Part shown: positions 8,425-17,796 of the stretch, in pieces
How positions within the stretch are numbered: position 1 is the stretch's first letter
How the letters are laid out: each line of letters begins with the position of its first letter
Assembly: GCA_964347325.1 (NCBI GenBank)
Contig: CAYFYA010000008.1
Location: 23,719 to 87,718 of the forward strand
Direction of reading: 5' to 3'
Source of the DNA: an uncultured Methanomassiliicoccales archaeon
Lineage (GTDB): Archaea; Thermoplasmatota; Thermoplasmata; RBG-16-68-12; JAJISG01
Length of the DNA: 64,000 nucleotides
Translations under genes and position numbers: made by a program
Notes under the pieces: model-generated
What the model saw: only the letters and a program-made list of their open reading frames with translations
Databases searched by the model: none
What the model was told of the DNA's origin: nothing

Positions 8425-11400
8425 GTGAAAGCAACACTCCGCATGCTAGGAGCCTTTCTCCTGACCGCTCTCATGGTCGTATCCTTCGGCGCCGCCCCCG
8501 CCCAGGCGCTCGGGAATGCCATGGCAGAGAGCAACCTACTGACGTTCGACGTACTGCTGGGCGGGGCCTCACCGTCAGCGGCCGATCTTGGAGCATCCGA
8601 CAGGCTAAGCCTGGACTCCGGCTACATCGGCCCCGACGCAGGAATGTTCCAGGCAATTCAACTGAACCCATCCGACCGCATAGAAGTGATCATCGGCTTG
8701 GAGGACAGATCCCTCGCGGCCGAGCAAGCGTACAGGGAGGCCAACGGCCTCCCGCTCCTGAGTTCCCAGGAGCAGATGGACTACGTCGCCAGCCTGCGGG
8801 CCGGACAGGCTGAGTTAAGGGCCGCCCTCGAGGCAGCTGGTGCCTCGATACTTCACGACTACCAGATAGTCTACAACGGCCTGGCCACCGTCATCGATGC
8901 CCAGAAGCTGAATGATCTGGCGGGCGTCGGCGGAGTCCAGAGCATCGCCGCCTCCAAACCCATTGAAATTGCCCTCGACGGCAGCGTCCCCTTCATCTTC
9001 GGAGGCCAGACGTGGGCCGACTTCGGCGTAACCGGGGCGGGCGTGAGTATCGCTGTCATCGACACAGGCATCGACTACTACCACGAGGGCCTCGGAGGAT
9101 CCGGCGACCCGGCCGACTACGCCGCGGACGACCCGACGATCATCGAGGCGGGGACATTCCCGACGGCCAAGGTTGTCTTTGGGTACGACTTGGTGGGGGA
9201 GAACTACCACGCCGGGTGTCCGGCCGTTGACGACCCCGCGGTGTGCAGTAGCATTCCCTTCCCAGACCCAGATCCCCTTGACTCTCATGGCCACGGTTCC
9301 CACGTTTCGGGCATCGCCGCAGGTGCCGGCACGGACTTCGTGTCTCGAGGCGTAGCTCCCGACGCGCTGCTCTACGCTCTGAAGGTCTTCGCACTGGGAT
9401 CTGCGTCCACCTCGGTGATTATGGCTGCTATCGAGATGGCCGTCGACCCGAACGGAGATGGTTCGACGGATGACAAGGCGGATGTCATCAACATGTCCCT
9501 TGGTTCGCCCTACAGCAGGAATACGGAACCTCTGGCAGCGGCGTCCAACGCCGCCGTGAACCTGGGCACGATCGTCGTGGCATCAGCCGGCAACGATGGC
9601 AATCTGCCCTACGTGACGGGCGGGCCTTCCGTAGCCGACAAGGCCATCAGTGTGGCCGCCATGAACGACCCCGGAACACGTCTGCCAGGCGTCCACTTCG
9701 AGCCCGACGCCGGAGGAGCGTTCGACTACGTGGGTACTCCTGCTCTGTTCGGAGCGTCCCTCGAGACGGATGTCACGGCCCCTGCCTTTGACGTTGCGGG
9801 TGTGGGGTGCACCCCCATCGGCGACGACCTCACCGGGACGATCGCGCTCATCGACCGTGGTACCTGCACCTTCGTCACCAAGGCGCGTAACGCCCAGACG
9901 GCGGGCGCTGAAGGCGCCATAATCATCAACAACCAGCCTGGCCTCACCACGATGGCTGACGACGGCACTGGGGGAGACATCGTCATTCCCTTGGTGATGA
10001 TACTCCAGACCGACGGCGCAGAGCTTCGATCCAACATGCCAGGAACCGCTACCCTCGGCCAAGTGGACGTACCAGACAACAACCTCGTAGGATTCACGTC
10101 CCGTGGCCCCCGCTTCGGCGACTCCTATCTGAAGCCGGACGTCTCAGCGCCTGGCGTCGTGATAGAATCGGTCCTGGCGGGGAGCGGTGACCAGGGATTC
10201 AGCATATCCGGTACCTCGATGTCATCGCCCCACGTTGCAGGCGCCGCGGCGCTTCTGCGGGAGGCGCACCCATGGTGGAGTCCGGCGAAGATCAAGGCTG
10301 CCTTGATGAACACCGCGACAGACGCCCTGGTCGACGGACAGCCCTACCCGCTCTCTCACATGGGCGCGGGCCGGATTCAGGTCGATCAGGCCCTGGAGAC
10401 CACCTCCCTGGTGATGCCCGCCAGCGCGTCCTTCGGAGTAGTGGAGGAGGACTGGCGGGGCAAGAAGGTCTACAAGGAGAAGCTCAAGCTACGCAACATG
10501 GACCACTCCTGGAGGGTCTTCACCCTCGACACGGAGTTCCTGTTCGCTGCCGACGACGAGGGGAGCATCCATGTCCATCATCCGTCCTACTTGGTCCTCA
10601 AGCCTCACCAGAGCAAGTCCTTCAAGCTACGTCTGGTAGTCGACTTCGACATGCTAGCCCCCGAGTCCCTCGTTGAGGAGTACGAGCTATTCCTCACCTT
10701 GACGGAGGTCTGGCCCGGGGACGACGTGCTGAGGGTCCCGATACACATCGTGCCCTACGCCAGGGCGAAGGCCGACGCGCATCCCAATAAGGTCAAACTG
10801 CCCTACAAGGACGAGTTCAAGGTCCGGAACAGGGGCCTTGCAGACACCCTGGTAGACATCTACCAGTTCGGCGTGAAGGACAGAAACGAGGACCTCATCT
10901 CCGAGGGCCTGTTCCTGCCCAACGACCCCGACAACTGGTTTGACATCTACCAGACCGGAGCCCACGCCTGGGACCTGGGTCCATGGAGAATCGTGGAGTT
11001 TGCAATAGTGACCCACGGCATGCGTAGCGTCGCCAACAACATGCTGGCGGAGGTCTACATCGACGCCGATGAGGACGGCACCATAGACTACCTGGTGCAG
11101 GCTGCCGACCTCGGCCTGTACTTCGGCACCTTCCCGGACGGCCGCATCGTCTCCGGTGTGTTCGACGCCGTCACCGGCGGTGGCTTCCTGGAGTTCTTCG
11201 TCTTCGACCAGATGAACACGGCCATACAGACCATCCCGATATTCCTGGATGACCTGAACTTCATCGGAGTGCAGACCGGCCAGCCAATCATCGACGCAGC
11301 CAACCCGGACTTCGACTACCTCGCCGTGAACTGGGACCTGGAGACGGGTTCCTTCGACTTCACGGACAGTGCTAGCTTCAACCCCATCACCCCAGGGCTG

Positions 11401-11577
11401 GACGCCGACCCGCAGTTCTTTGCACTGCCCGTGGGCGGCTGGCAGAACGTGCAGGTCCTCGGCGACGAGAAGGGCAAGCTGCTCCTGCTCTACTACAACA
11501 ACGAGGCCGGTCACGACCAGACAGAGCTGGTGAAGGTCAAGATGAAGTACCACCACCACTGGTGGTGCGACCCGTAG
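8425..11577 (+). CDS. Secreted subtilisin-like serine protease (S8), with I9 propeptide, PA-domain insert and a roughly 450-aa C-terminal beta-rich extension
   Basis: Catalytic triad motifs 'AVIDTGID', 'HGHGSHVSGIAAG' and 'GTSMSSPHVAGAAALL'. PA-like 'GTIALIDRGTCTFVTKARNAQTAGAEGAIIINN'. Signal peptide 'MLGAFLLTALMVVSFGAAPAQA'. The GTG at 8425 is preceded by GGAGG; the listed ORF starts at 8389. Confidence 0.9.
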   Translation: MKATLRMLGAFLLTALMVVSFGAAPAQALGNAMAESNLLTFDVLLGGASPSAADLGASDRLSLDSGYIGPDAGMFQAIQLNPSDRIEVIIGLEDRSLAAEQAYREANGLPLLSSQEQMDYVASLRAGQAELRAALEAAGASILHDYQIVYNGLATVIDAQKLNDLAGVGGVQSIAASKPIEIALDGSVPFIFGGQTWADFGVTGAGVSIAVIDTGIDYYHEGLGGSGDPADYAADDPTIIEAGTFPTAKVVFGYDLVGENYHAGCPAVDDPAVCSSIPFPDPDPLDSHGHGSHVSGIAAGAGTDFVSRGVAPDALLYALKVFALGSASTSVIMAAIEMAVDPNGDGSTDDKADVINMSLGSPYSRNTEPLAAASNAAVNLGTIVVASAGNDGNLPYVTGGPSVADKAISVAAMNDPGTRLPGVHFEPDAGGAFDYVGTPALFGASLETDVTAPAFDVAGVGCTPIGDDLTGTIALIDRGTCTFVTKARNAQTAGAEGAIIINNQPGLTTMADDGTGGDIVIPLVMILQTDGAELRSNMPGTATLGQVDVPDNNLVGFTSRGPRFGDSYLKPDVSAPGVVIESVLAGSGDQGFSISGTSMSSPHVAGAAALLREAHPWWSPAKIKAALMNTATDALVDGQPYPLSHMGAGRIQVDQALETTSLVMPASASFGVVEEDWRGKKVYKEKLKLRNMDHSWRVFTLDTEFLFAADDEGSIHVHHPSYLVLKPHQSKSFKLRLVVDFDMLAPESLVEEYELFLTLTEVWPGDDVLRVPIHIVPYARAKADAHPNKVKLPYKDEFKVRNRGLADTLVDIYQFGVKDRNEDLISEGLFLPNDPDNWFDIYQTGAHAWDLGPWRIVEFAIVTHGMRSVANNMLAEVYIDADEDGTIDYLVQAADLGLYFGTFPDGRIVSGVFDAVTGGGFLEFFVFDQMNTAIQTIPIFLDDLNFIGVQTGQPIIDAANPDFDYLAVNWDLETGSFDFTDSASFNPITPGLDADPQFFALPVGGWQNVQVLGDEKGKLLLLYYNNEAGHDQTELVKVKMKYHHHWWCDP

Positions 11578-11698
11578 AGGATCTCAGGACTGGATGGTAG
11601 GAGGGGCATCCAGTCCTCCCTTTCCCTTTTTCCGTCTTCCCAGCGATAGTTTTGAAGAATAGGCTGCCTGTAGCCGGTGCTCTGCTCGTGTTATATAG

Positions 11699-12655
11699 AT
11701 GCAGTTCTTAGTGTCCACGATGATAGAGATCGACTCCCTAGTCAAGGTGTACGATGGACGCAGGGGGACGAGGGCGGTCGATGGGATCAGCTTCACCGTC
11801 GAGCGGGGAGACCTCTTCGGCTTCCTCGGCCCGAACGGCGCCGGGAAGACCACCACCATCCGAATCTTGGCAACGCTCCTCAAGCCCACAGAGGGTACAA
11901 CAAGGATCGACGGGCACGATGCCCTGAAGGACCCAGTAGCAGTTCGAGAGATCATCGGATACACCCCCGAGAGCCCTGGCTTCTACCCCACCATGCGCGG
12001 CGAGGACCACATGCACTTCTGGGCCGAGTTCTACGGCCTGCCCAAGGCGGAGAGGTCCAAGCGGGTGACCGATCTCATGGAGCTGGTGGAGCTGGAGGAG
12101 GCGGCGAGGGTGAAGCTGAAGGCCTACTCCCACGGAATGAGGCAACGCCTCGCTGTGGCCCAGGCACTCCTGAACGATCCGCCGATCCTCATCCTCGACG
12201 AGCCTGCTGGTGGCCTCGACCCGGCCGGGATGCGCTCCTTCCGCCACCTCATGAAACGCCTCAACGGAGAGGGCAAGACCATCTTCCTCTCCTCCCACCT
12301 GCTCTCCGAGGTGGAGCAGACGTGCAAGACGGTAGGGGTCATCCATCACGGGAAGATGGTGGAGGTCAGCGACTTGAGGACCCTACAGAGAAGGATCGCC
12401 GACTCCAGGGAGACCGCTATCCTGGTAGAGACCGGTGGCCTCGGGGAGGAAGCTGTGAAGGCCGTTCAATCCCTCGAGGGAGTCCGCGAGGTGGAGGTTG
12501 GTGGGGACAACCTAACCGTCAGGCTCGAAGCGGGCAAGGACCTCGCGTCTGAGATTAACGCCACCCTCCTGGCTCACGGGACCAGGGTTAGGTCCCTCAG
12601 GCAAGAGGAAGTGAGGCTGGAGGATGTCTTCGTAGCCCTTACGGGGGGTGAGTAG
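11699..12655 (+). CDS. ABC transporter ATP-binding protein (ABC-2 family)
   Basis: Walker A 'GPNGAGKTTT', signature 'YSHGMRQRLAVAQ', Walker B 'ILILDEPAGGLD'. Confidence 0.9.
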   Translation: MQFLVSTMIEIDSLVKVYDGRRGTRAVDGISFTVERGDLFGFLGPNGAGKTTTIRILATLLKPTEGTTRIDGHDALKDPVAVREIIGYTPESPGFYPTMRGEDHMHFWAEFYGLPKAERSKRVTDLMELVELEEAARVKLKAYSHGMRQRLAVAQALLNDPPILILDEPAGGLDPAGMRSFRHLMKRLNGEGKTIFLSSHLLSEVEQTCKTVGVIHHGKMVEVSDLRTLQRRIADSRETAILVETGGLGEEAVKAVQSLEGVREVEVGGDNLTVRLEAGKDLASEINATLLAHGTRVRSLRQEEVRLEDVFVALTGGE

Positions 12656-14074
12656 GTGGCCTCCGGCCTCCTCCGTCCCCTCTACGTAGTCTCCAAGAAG
12701 GAGTTCAGGACCAACCTTCTGAGCGTCAGGATGATAATCCTGGTTTCCATCCTGGCGCTAATCGTCATCGGGATCTCATACGGGTTTGCTGGCCTGTCCG
12801 CAATCACGCTAAGCAGGGAGCAATTCGTCGTATGGGTCCACGAGACCGTGCAGGATACCGAGTTGGGGGTGACGGCCTTCGTCTCCGACGCCTGGGGTGA
12901 CCCTTATCCCGGTACCGAGGTGGAAGTTTGGCGGCAGGACCCGGACTCAGGCTTGCGTCGCTTGGTCGATAGTGGGACGACTGACAGCGATGGTTTCGCG
13001 CGATTCCCTCTGGACGAGGGTTTCTACAGTGTATCGGCCGCCATCGGAATCATCACCTGGGAGAAAGGCGCCTTTCTGAATCGAAGCTTTCTCTACGACA
13101 ACCTAAGCTACGACTTCGACACGTTCGACCGGGATGACTCGGGCTTCCTGGACGACCTAGCCGTTCACTTCCTGGACATCACCGGGGCGTTCCCGGACGG
13201 TGTGAGGGTGTTTCTGGAGGGCGAGGAGGTAGAGGGTCCGGACGCCAGGGGCTTCCTCGCGCTGAAGCTCCCGAACGAAGGAGATAACAACCTTACGTTC
13301 GTCTACGGTCAAGAGATACACGAGCTCACTGTAAAGGTGTTTGAGAACCCCGCGTCTTTCAATCCCTTCGCCGAGGGACCCGATTTCGTCCTGTTCTTGA
13401 TCGCCATGAGCTTCGGGGGTTTCCTCCTCCCGATTGTCGCCATTGCCCTATCCTATGACAGCATCTCGAAGGAGAAGGTGCAGGGCTCTGCGGACCTCCT
13501 CCTCTACAGGCCCGCCTCGTGGAGATCGATTGCCGTGGGGAAGTTCCTGGGAACGTTCACGGCCATAGCCCTGCCCGTTGCCGCTGTCAACTTGGTGGCA
13601 GCAATGATTATCGCGGCCGTAACGGGCATAATGCCCAGTACCCCCGTGATCCTGGGCTTCATAGGCTTCTCCCTCTTCCTCCTGGCTGTCTACATCCTCC
13701 TCATGCAAACGCTCTCGTCGTTTGCGAAGACCGCCGGAACCGCCATGATATTCGGCGTCATCCTCTGGTTCACCTATGCTGTGCTCTGGAGCGCTGTGTC
13801 GCTGCTTGTGGGGGCGGCGGCCGGAATCCCCTTCGGCTCGAGGGAATACATAGTTCTCGGCTCCTACACAGGCCTCTTCAACCCCAACAACATATACAGC
13901 AACCTCTTTGTCTTGGTCGCCCCCGAAGGCTTCGAGACCCTCGGAGGTCTGGCGGGAATCTCGGGCGGCCTCATCGTCTTCCCAGACTGGGTGCATGCGG
14001 TGTCCGCCGTGGTCTGGATCGTGGTCCTCTTCATCCTCTTCCTGGAAGTGTTCAAGAGGAAGGCGGCGGGATAG
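12656..14074 (+). CDS. ABC-2 permease with a large extracytoplasmic carboxypeptidase-regulatory-like (prealbumin-fold) domain
   Basis: N-terminal TM segment, then 'VTAFVSDAWGDPYPGTEVEVWRQDPDSGLRRLVDSGTTDSDGFARFPL' (CarboxypepD_reg-like), then multiple TM segments. It immediately follows the ATPase gene. Confidence 0.65.
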   Translation: MASGLLRPLYVVSKKEFRTNLLSVRMIILVSILALIVIGISYGFAGLSAITLSREQFVVWVHETVQDTELGVTAFVSDAWGDPYPGTEVEVWRQDPDSGLRRLVDSGTTDSDGFARFPLDEGFYSVSAAIGIITWEKGAFLNRSFLYDNLSYDFDTFDRDDSGFLDDLAVHFLDITGAFPDGVRVFLEGEEVEGPDARGFLALKLPNEGDNNLTFVYGQEIHELTVKVFENPASFNPFAEGPDFVLFLIAMSFGGFLLPIVAIALSYDSISKEKVQGSADLLLYRPASWRSIAVGKFLGTFTAIALPVAAVNLVAAMIIAAVTGIMPSTPVILGFIGFSLFLLAVYILLMQTLSSFAKTAGTAMIFGVILWFTYAVLWSAVSLLVGAAAGIPFGSREYIVLGSYTGLFNPNNIYSNLFVLVAPEGFETLGGLAGISGGLIVFPDWVHAVSAVVWIVVLFILFLEVFKRKAAG

Positions 14075-14209
14075 TCCAGGGGCGACTGGAGTCCACTCCC
14101 CGCTCTCCGCCCGACCTTCCCCGGGCCGGGTTAACTGATAATCCTACGAATACGTTCAAAAGGGGAGGGTAACCTCGCATATCGAGGACTGGTCTCAGGG
14201 GCATCTGCA

Positions 14210-16267
14210 ATGGTCGGAATCATCGGAAACTCGGCTCGGACGGCAACTGTAATAGTGCTCGCGCTCTCCCTCGCGCTGTTTTGGCCGTCTTCTCCGCTGA
14301 CTACAGAAGCTGGGGTCGAAGGGAGGGACGCCTTCGGGAGAGTTAGCGTAGGCGATACATCCCTGGGGGTTGGTGCGGCCTTCGATGGCAGCGTCTTGTG
14401 GTACACACTGCCGTGGGACCCTGAGGCTCCCGACACCAAGGTCTACGGGATTTATCCCACGACGGGCGAGTCCGTTACGCCCCTGGACATGGCCGACTTG
14501 GTCCAGGACGTAGCCATCGTCCCAGGTGGACTTGCGTGGGACTCCACCCGGGGGCACCTTTGGGTGGCGACGATGTTCAACTTGACCGCAATTGAGGAAG
14601 GATCCTTCGGCGGGGGAGAGATCTTCGAGATCGATCCAGCCGGACCGGGTGTCGCATCATCCTTCCTTACCAGCCCCATTACTGAGGCCGATGGGGAGCC
14701 CTTCTCAGGCGTCATTGACGGCCTCGCCTATGACCGCTGGAGCGACACGCTTTGGTTCAGCCCCTTGGAGTCTCTCCACATCTACGAGGTGAGCGTCCTC
14801 GGCGAGCTGATCTCCTCCTTTGAACTCCCCTTCGGTCCAGACATCTGGAACTCGGGAATTGCCTTCGACGGGAACCACCTCTGGCTCTCGCTACTCACAG
14901 GCAGCTTCCTGGACGGTGAGAACGACATCCCCACGGGCGTGATCCTCGTGGAGTTCACGACCGGTGGAGTTCCCCTCGGCGTCTACGTGAGGGATACTGG
15001 CCTCCTATTCCCCGAGGACCTGGCGTTTGATGACGTCACCTTCGCCCCAGCCTGTGTCGTGTGGGTCAACAGCATTGGAAGTCCCCTGAGCGCCTTTGAG
15101 GTTCCGTGTCCTCAGCGCGTCGAGGCGACGATGTATCCGGGGGAGTCGCTGGACCTGCAGAAACAGATCTCGCTCCCCGACACCCTCCCCTTCGCCTTCG
15201 AGGAGCTCACCGACGTCTGGTGGGAGGTCGAGTGTGAGACCCCCGGAATCGAAGTCACCCTCACGCCAGAGATGCACTCCGGAGTTCCGTTCAGCACGAC
15301 AGTCGAGTTTGACGAGACTATCGCAGTCCCCGCGAACGCTGATCTGGGCGAGTACCACTGCATCGTTAACTTCCTATCCAGCGCCGATCCTGAGGGAGGA
15401 GCCGTATTCGAGCAACAGTTGATCTGGATAACCGTCATCGCACCTTCCCTCATCCCCTGCGAAGTCTTCGACGCTGAGGTGGAAATCGAGGAAGACGAGT
15501 TCGAGGTCGAGGGGAGTTGCACCCTCGGAGCGGGAAGCGATGGCATAGACCCCCTCCACGAGGACGTGACCTTCAGGCTTGGACCCTACGAGGTGACCAT
15601 CCCGGCGGGCTCCTTCGAGCTCGACGATGATGACGAGTACGAGTTCGAGGGGGTCATCGACGGCGTGGAGCTGGAAGTGGAGATAGAGGACGAGGGAGAC
15701 GGCACCTTTGAGTTCGAAGTCGAGGGCGAGGACGCAGACCTCAGCGGAATCGTGAACCCCGTGGAGGTAATGCTGACCGTCGGAGACGACACGGGGGCAG
15801 CCACCGTCTTTGCTGAGTTCGATGACGACGATGACGACGATGACGACGACCTTGAACCCATTGCGGTCCCCTTGGACATCAAGCCCGGATCGTGTCGCAA
15901 TCCGTTGAACGTCAGGGAGCGTGGGGTCCTCCCGGTCGCCATCCTGGGCACAGAAGACCTCGACGTCTCAGAGATCGACCCGGCGACCGTTAGACTGGAG
16001 GGCGTTGCCCCGCTGCGTTGGTCGACGGAGGATGTCGCGACCCCCTACGAGCCCTTCATCGGTAAGGAGGATGCGGATGACTGTACTGACGAGGGCCCAG
16101 ACGGAATAGTCGACCTGACCCTCAAGTTCAGGACTCTGCAGATCCTCAGGGCTCTCGGCAAGGTGGGACACGGGGATGTCCTTGTTCTGGAGATCTCCGG
16201 CACCCTATGGGATGGAACGCCCTTCCAGGGCGAGGACGTCGTCGTAATCCTGAAGAAGGGCAGGTAG
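14210..16267 (+). CDS. Secreted acidic repeat protein with a poly-Asp tract and a C-terminal beta-rich domain; function unknown
   Basis: Signal peptide 'TATVIVLALSLALFWPSSPLTTEAG'. Repeated 'EFEVEG' acidic blocks and 'FDDDDDDDDDDLEP', encoded by a (GAT/GAC)10 run at 15821-15850. Confidence 0.5.
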   Translation: MVGIIGNSARTATVIVLALSLALFWPSSPLTTEAGVEGRDAFGRVSVGDTSLGVGAAFDGSVLWYTLPWDPEAPDTKVYGIYPTTGESVTPLDMADLVQDVAIVPGGLAWDSTRGHLWVATMFNLTAIEEGSFGGGEIFEIDPAGPGVASSFLTSPITEADGEPFSGVIDGLAYDRWSDTLWFSPLESLHIYEVSVLGELISSFELPFGPDIWNSGIAFDGNHLWLSLLTGSFLDGENDIPTGVILVEFTTGGVPLGVYVRDTGLLFPEDLAFDDVTFAPACVVWVNSIGSPLSAFEVPCPQRVEATMYPGESLDLQKQISLPDTLPFAFEELTDVWWEVECETPGIEVTLTPEMHSGVPFSTTVEFDETIAVPANADLGEYHCIVNFLSSADPEGGAVFEQQLIWITVIAPSLIPCEVFDAEVEIEEDEFEVEGSCTLGAGSDGIDPLHEDVTFRLGPYEVTIPAGSFELDDDDEYEFEGVIDGVELEVEIEDEGDGTFEFEVEGEDADLSGIVNPVEVMLTVGDDTGAATVFAEFDDDDDDDDDDLEPIAVPLDIKPGSCRNPLNVRERGVLPVAILGTEDLDVSEIDPATVRLEGVAPLRWSTEDVATPYEPFIGKEDADDCTDEGPDGIVDLTLKFRTLQILRALGKVGHGDVLVLEISGTLWDGTPFQGEDVVVILKKGR

Positions 16268-16286
16268 CACCACCACTGTGAAGTGG

Positions 16287-16712
16287 TCAGCGTTGTCGCT
16301 CCGCCGATGACCTTAGATAGAGGTACATGGGCGCAGCCATCTTGGCTACGAGGCCTCCCGACTCTGTGAGGGAGTAGCGGACCCGCGGCGGTCTATCGTT
16401 CATCACCTCCCGCCTCACCCATCCCTTCTTCTCCAGGGACTTCAGCCGGAGGGACAGCGTCCTGGAGCTGATGCCCATGAGCAGGTTGGCCAGCTCCGAG
16501 AACCCGAGGTTCCCCGATCGGTAGAGGAGGTAGATTATGGGGACCGTCCACTTCTTGGTGATGGAGCCGATGATTTCTGCACTTCTCTGGGCCTCCTCGA
16601 TGGGGTCGACCTCCTCGCCGAGGGCTCCGCCCATCTCCTCCACGAATCCGATGCAGAGGTCGGCGAACTGGGCGAACTTCTCTTCCGCCTCTTCGCGTGA
16701 CATGGCAACCAC
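16287..16712 (-). CDS. HxlR-family winged-helix transcriptional regulator with an acidic N-terminal extension of about 45 aa
   Basis: 'KKWTVPIIYLL..GNLGFSELANLLMGISSRTLSLRLKSLEKKGWVRREV..PPRVRYSLTESG' matches the HxlR signature. Confidence 0.8.
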   Translation of the reverse strand: MVAMSREEAEEKFAQFADLCIGFVEEMGGALGEEVDPIEEAQRSAEIIGSITKKWTVPIIYLLYRSGNLGFSELANLLMGISSRTLSLRLKSLEKKGWVRREVMNDRPPRVRYSLTESGGLVAKMAAPMYLYLRSSAERQR

Positions 16713-16755
16713 TTTACCTGCGGTTACTACTGCGTGATAAGAACACTGTAGGCCT

Positions 16756-16767
16756 TTTATACATATG
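16756..16767. promoter_or_regulatory. Putative shared TATA element (TTTTATACATAT) in the divergent HxlR/ABC intergenic region
   Basis: Only AT-rich element between the divergent starts at 16712 and 16806, about 45 bp from each. Confidence 0.3.
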
Positions 16768-16805
16768 AAACCTAGTGTCGAAAGTAAACTGCCCCAGGGT
16801 GTCCC

Positions 16806-17795
16806 ATGAAGATCTACAAGCCTCTAGCCGCCTTCTTCGCCCTCATAGGGGTGGCCGCCATCCTCCTGACTTTCTTCGACTACTTCTACGAACTGCGGTC
16901 GGAATACCTCGACCCCTTCTACGACGGCGTCGGCCAGGAACTCCTCATCTCCTCGTTGCTCTTCATCCTGGCGGGCGTCTTCTACCTCCTCCACTCGGTC
17001 TCCAACCTCAAGGAGGAGATAGAGGAGAGGAGGCGTCTCGACCTCATAAACCACGGAGCCGTCGCGGGGGCCCCGCAGGTCATCGTCGCACCGACGGATG
17101 GCCAGGCCCTCGTCAAGGCGGAGAACATCACCAAGATCTACGACACGGGGAAGGTGCAGGTGGAGGCCCTCAGGGGCATCGACCTAGACATCAGGAAGGG
17201 CGAGATGGTGATCATCATGGGCCCTTCCGGCTGCGGCAAGACCACGCTCCTGAACTGCCTCTCTGGCATCGACGACGTGACCGACGGCAAGGTCTACATC
17301 AGGGGCATGCTCCTGACCGATCTGAAGGATGACGAGAGGACAGACTACAGGGCCGCCAGGATGGGCTTCATCTTCCAGGCCTACAACCTCATACCGGTCC
17401 TGCGGGCGGTAGAGAACGTGGAGCTCCCACTTCTCATCCTGGGCGTCAACCCCAAGGACGCCCGGAGGAGGGCCCTGGAGGCCCTCGCGGCCGTCCACCT
17501 GGAGGGGGAGGCCTTGAGGACGCCCATGGAGATGTCGGGGGGCCAACAGCAGCGGGTGGCCATCGCCCGAGCTATCGTCAACGACCCGGAGGTGGTCTTC
17601 GCCGACGAGCCCACGGGCAACCTGGACGAGGAGACGAGCCAGGAGGTCGTCTCTCTGCTGAGGGAGCTCAACCGCGAGCGGGGTCTGACCCTGGTCATGG
17701 TGACACACGATCCCGCCGTCAGCCCATATGTCGACCGCATCCTGACGATGCGGAGCGGCGAGATAGTGGAGGAGAAGAGGTACCAGGAGGCGTGA
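16806..17795 (+). CDS. MacB/LolD-type ABC ATP-binding protein carrying an N-terminal 2-TM membrane hairpin
   Basis: Walker A '[12 protein letters not shown]', signature '[14 protein letters not shown]', Walker B '[12 protein letters not shown]'. The first 70 residues form two hydrophobic helices. Confidence 0.85.
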   Translation: MKIYKPLAAFFALIGVAAILLTFFDYFYELRSEYLDPFYDGVGQELLISSLLFILAGVFYLLHSVSNLKEEIEERRRLDLINHGAVAGAPQVIVAPTDGQALVKAENITKIYDTGKVQVEALRGIDLDIRKGEMVIIMGPSGCGKTTLLNCLSGIDDVTDGKVYIRGMLLTDLKDDERTDYRAARMGFIFQAYNLIPVLRAVENVELPLLILGVNPKDARRRALEALAAVHLEGEALRTPMEMSGGQQQRVAIARAIVNDPEVVFADEPTGNLDEETSQEVVSLLRELNRERGLTLVMVTHDPAVSPYVDRILTMRSGEIVEEKRYQEA

Positions 17796-17796
17796 G

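Noticed and set aside
15821-15850. (GAT/GAC)10 run considered as a non-coding tandem repeat or CRISPR-like element
   Set aside because: It lies in frame inside a long ORF and encodes poly-Asp. There are no repeat-spacer units. No CRISPR array was seen anywhere in the window.
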